Shown here: positions 62,240-64,000 of the stretch, one piece after another
Position numbering within the stretch: position 1 is the stretch's first letter
Layout: every line of letters starts with the position of its first letter
DNA from: Octopus sinensis
Taxonomy: Eukaryota
NCBI RefSeq assembly: GCF_006345805.1
Contig: NC_042997.1
Location: forward strand, 184,884,001-184,948,000
Length of the DNA stretch: 64,000 nt
Direction: 5' to 3'
Notes under the pieces: generated by a model
Databases searched by the model: none
Told to the model about the DNA's origin: nothing
The model's input: the letters and a program-made list of their open reading frames with translations, nothing else
Translations under genes and position numbers: made by a program

Positions 62240-62347
62240 ATGTTTGCATAGCGGAAGAGAACTAAAAGAAGCTCATATTATGGTAATAACAATTTCATTA
62301 TTTTCAGTATTTGTTGCGTTTTATTATCTTCAGGACTTCTCTTTCCG

Positions 62348-62417
62348 CTTCTTCTTCTTCTTCTTCTTCTTCTTCTTCTTCTTCTTCTTCTTCTTCTTCT
62401 TCTTCTTCTTCTTCTTC
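62348..62417. repeat. (TTC)n microsatellite
   Basis: Direct reading. Confidence 0.95.
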
Positions 62418-62637
62418 CAATCAGGACTCTAAGCTACTAAGAATGCGTGTGGCACCCACCACACGCGATAGACTGGCGTTTTGCACGGGCGAGAAAGCTA
62501 CATTGTTATCCTCATTCCGTAAACGGTGGGTTTTAACGGGTGGAGAGCTGAACCATCCTGGGGTACAGATGATTCGCAATCTAGACTAGGGTTTGAAAGT
62601 GTACCACACTATAGTTCCTCTGCTTTGTGGCGGACGT

Positions 62638-62823
62638 AGGAAGAAAGAGTGAGAGAAAATTGTGGTGAAAGAGTAAAGTGGGGTTCACCCCCACCCCCGC
62701 CGGACCCTCGTGGAGCTTAGGTGTTTTTTGCTCAATAAACACCCACAATGCCCGGTCTGGGAATCGAAACCGCGTTCTTACAATTGCGAGTCCGCTACCT
62801 TCCCACCAGGCCATTGCGCCTCC
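62638..62823 (-). mobile_element. SINE family B variant, 5' part
   Basis: Reverse complement of the 61864-62030 head region. Confidence 0.85.
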
Positions 62824-62870
62824 ACTCCACTGTTGCTCTAGCTGCTGCTGTCGATGGTAATGCTGATGTT

Positions 62871-63103
62871 ATCACCAAACAATAAGCTCGAGCTTGTCGT
62901 TAATGGCATTACAATTCTGGGGCATGTTTGATTCTTGAGATCGTTTGCCCTTCTTCCGCCGAGGTTGACTTTGCCTTTCATCCTTTCGGGGTCGATAAAT
63001 TAAGTACCAGTTCCGCACTGGGGTCGATGTAATCGACTTAATACCTATGTCTGTCCTTGTTTGTCCTCTCTGTGTGTAGCCCCTTGTGGGCAGTAAAGAA
63101 ATA
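62871..63103 (+). mobile_element. Chimeric insertion: ~83 bp unrelated sequence + headless SINE family C, 15-bp TSD
   Basis: GGTAATGCTGATGTT at 62856-62870 and 63104-63118; family C core starts at ~62954. Confidence 0.65.
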
Positions 63104-63584
63104 GGTAATGCTGATGTTTATGTTGTTGCTGGAGTTTCTAACGTAGTCAATAGGGCACAAATTTGAGCTACTGAGAAGCATTGTCTGAAGATCATCACCG
63201 AACGTCAAGGATTGTACTTCAATACTGCAACAAATATCATTCGCCATTTTACTATTTCTGATAGTCAAAGGTTATCTTTATTTCTCTTTGTATATATAGT
63301 ACTAGGATAGAATCTAATAAGGTTTACATTGAGTTGAAGAGGTTTTTGAAGCACTCATTTCTAAAATTACCAAAACACACTTAAAAGTTATTGCAGAAGA
63401 GTCACGTTGCGAAAAATTAGTGACAGCTCACTGTTAAAGAAACGTTAGCCTATGTGATTAAAGAAAATTTGGTAACACATAAAACAAGCTTCTGTGTATA
63501 GGTGAAACAGTCTCTACTGTCTTCTATTTTCCTGTTTCTGCATAATCCCTAGCAATTTTACTACCTTTATGACTGTGCTTAGAT

Positions 63585-63882
63585 ATACCTACCTTCCTAC
63601 CTATCTACCTGCCTGTCTGCCTGCCTGCTTACCTGCCTACCTACCTATCTACCTGCCTGCCTGCCTGTCTGCCTACCTGCCTGCCTACCTACCTACCTAC
63701 CTCCCTACCTACCTACATACATACATACATACATACATACATACATACATACATACATACATACATACTTACAAATATCCATACATAAACACACACACAC
63801 GCATACATTTATACATACATACATACATATATATATACATATATACATATACATATATACATATATATATATATCTATATAT

Positions 63883-63930
<48 letters not shown>

Positions 63931-63935
63931 ATATT
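63585..63935. repeat. Compound (CCTA)/(GCCT)/(CATA)/(TA) microsatellite
   Basis: Direct reading. Confidence 0.9.
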
Positions 63936-64000
63936 TAAAAAAGGAGATGTGGAACACGAATTGTGATATATAAAAAAAGGAAATGAAGAAAATGCTGACA

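Overview
AT-rich, microsatellite-saturated eukaryotic DNA. The SINE families and repeat landscape look like an octopus (cephalopod) intergenic or intronic region; this is an inference from pattern recognition, not a database hit. I could not support any host protein-coding exon, and almost all ORFs in the track are microsatellite or repeat read-throughs. The window holds: (1) about 30 tRNA-derived SINE copies in three families; (2) non-LTR retrotransposons, namely a young near-intact 5'-truncated Tx1/L1-clade ORF2 (25070-28793) sitting inside an (ATCT)n array, two more Tx1 remnants, two CR1-type 3' ends, RTE remnants and an R4/Dong-like RT remnant; (3) small DNA elements, namely two non-autonomous Helitron-like elements, a TTAA piggyBac-type MITE and an 8-bp-TSD MITE carrying (TTAGGG)4; (4) five long near-perfect palindromes; (5) several local tandem duplications. 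The top finding is a 362-bp unit arranged as partial tandem plus inverted copies (54911-55766). Each arm carries a minimal type I hammerhead-ribozyme fold with a palindromic helix III, the architecture of Penelope-like pLTRs and retrozymes. A second short repeat family (about 22.5 kb and 53.6 kb) carries a degenerate version of the same fold.
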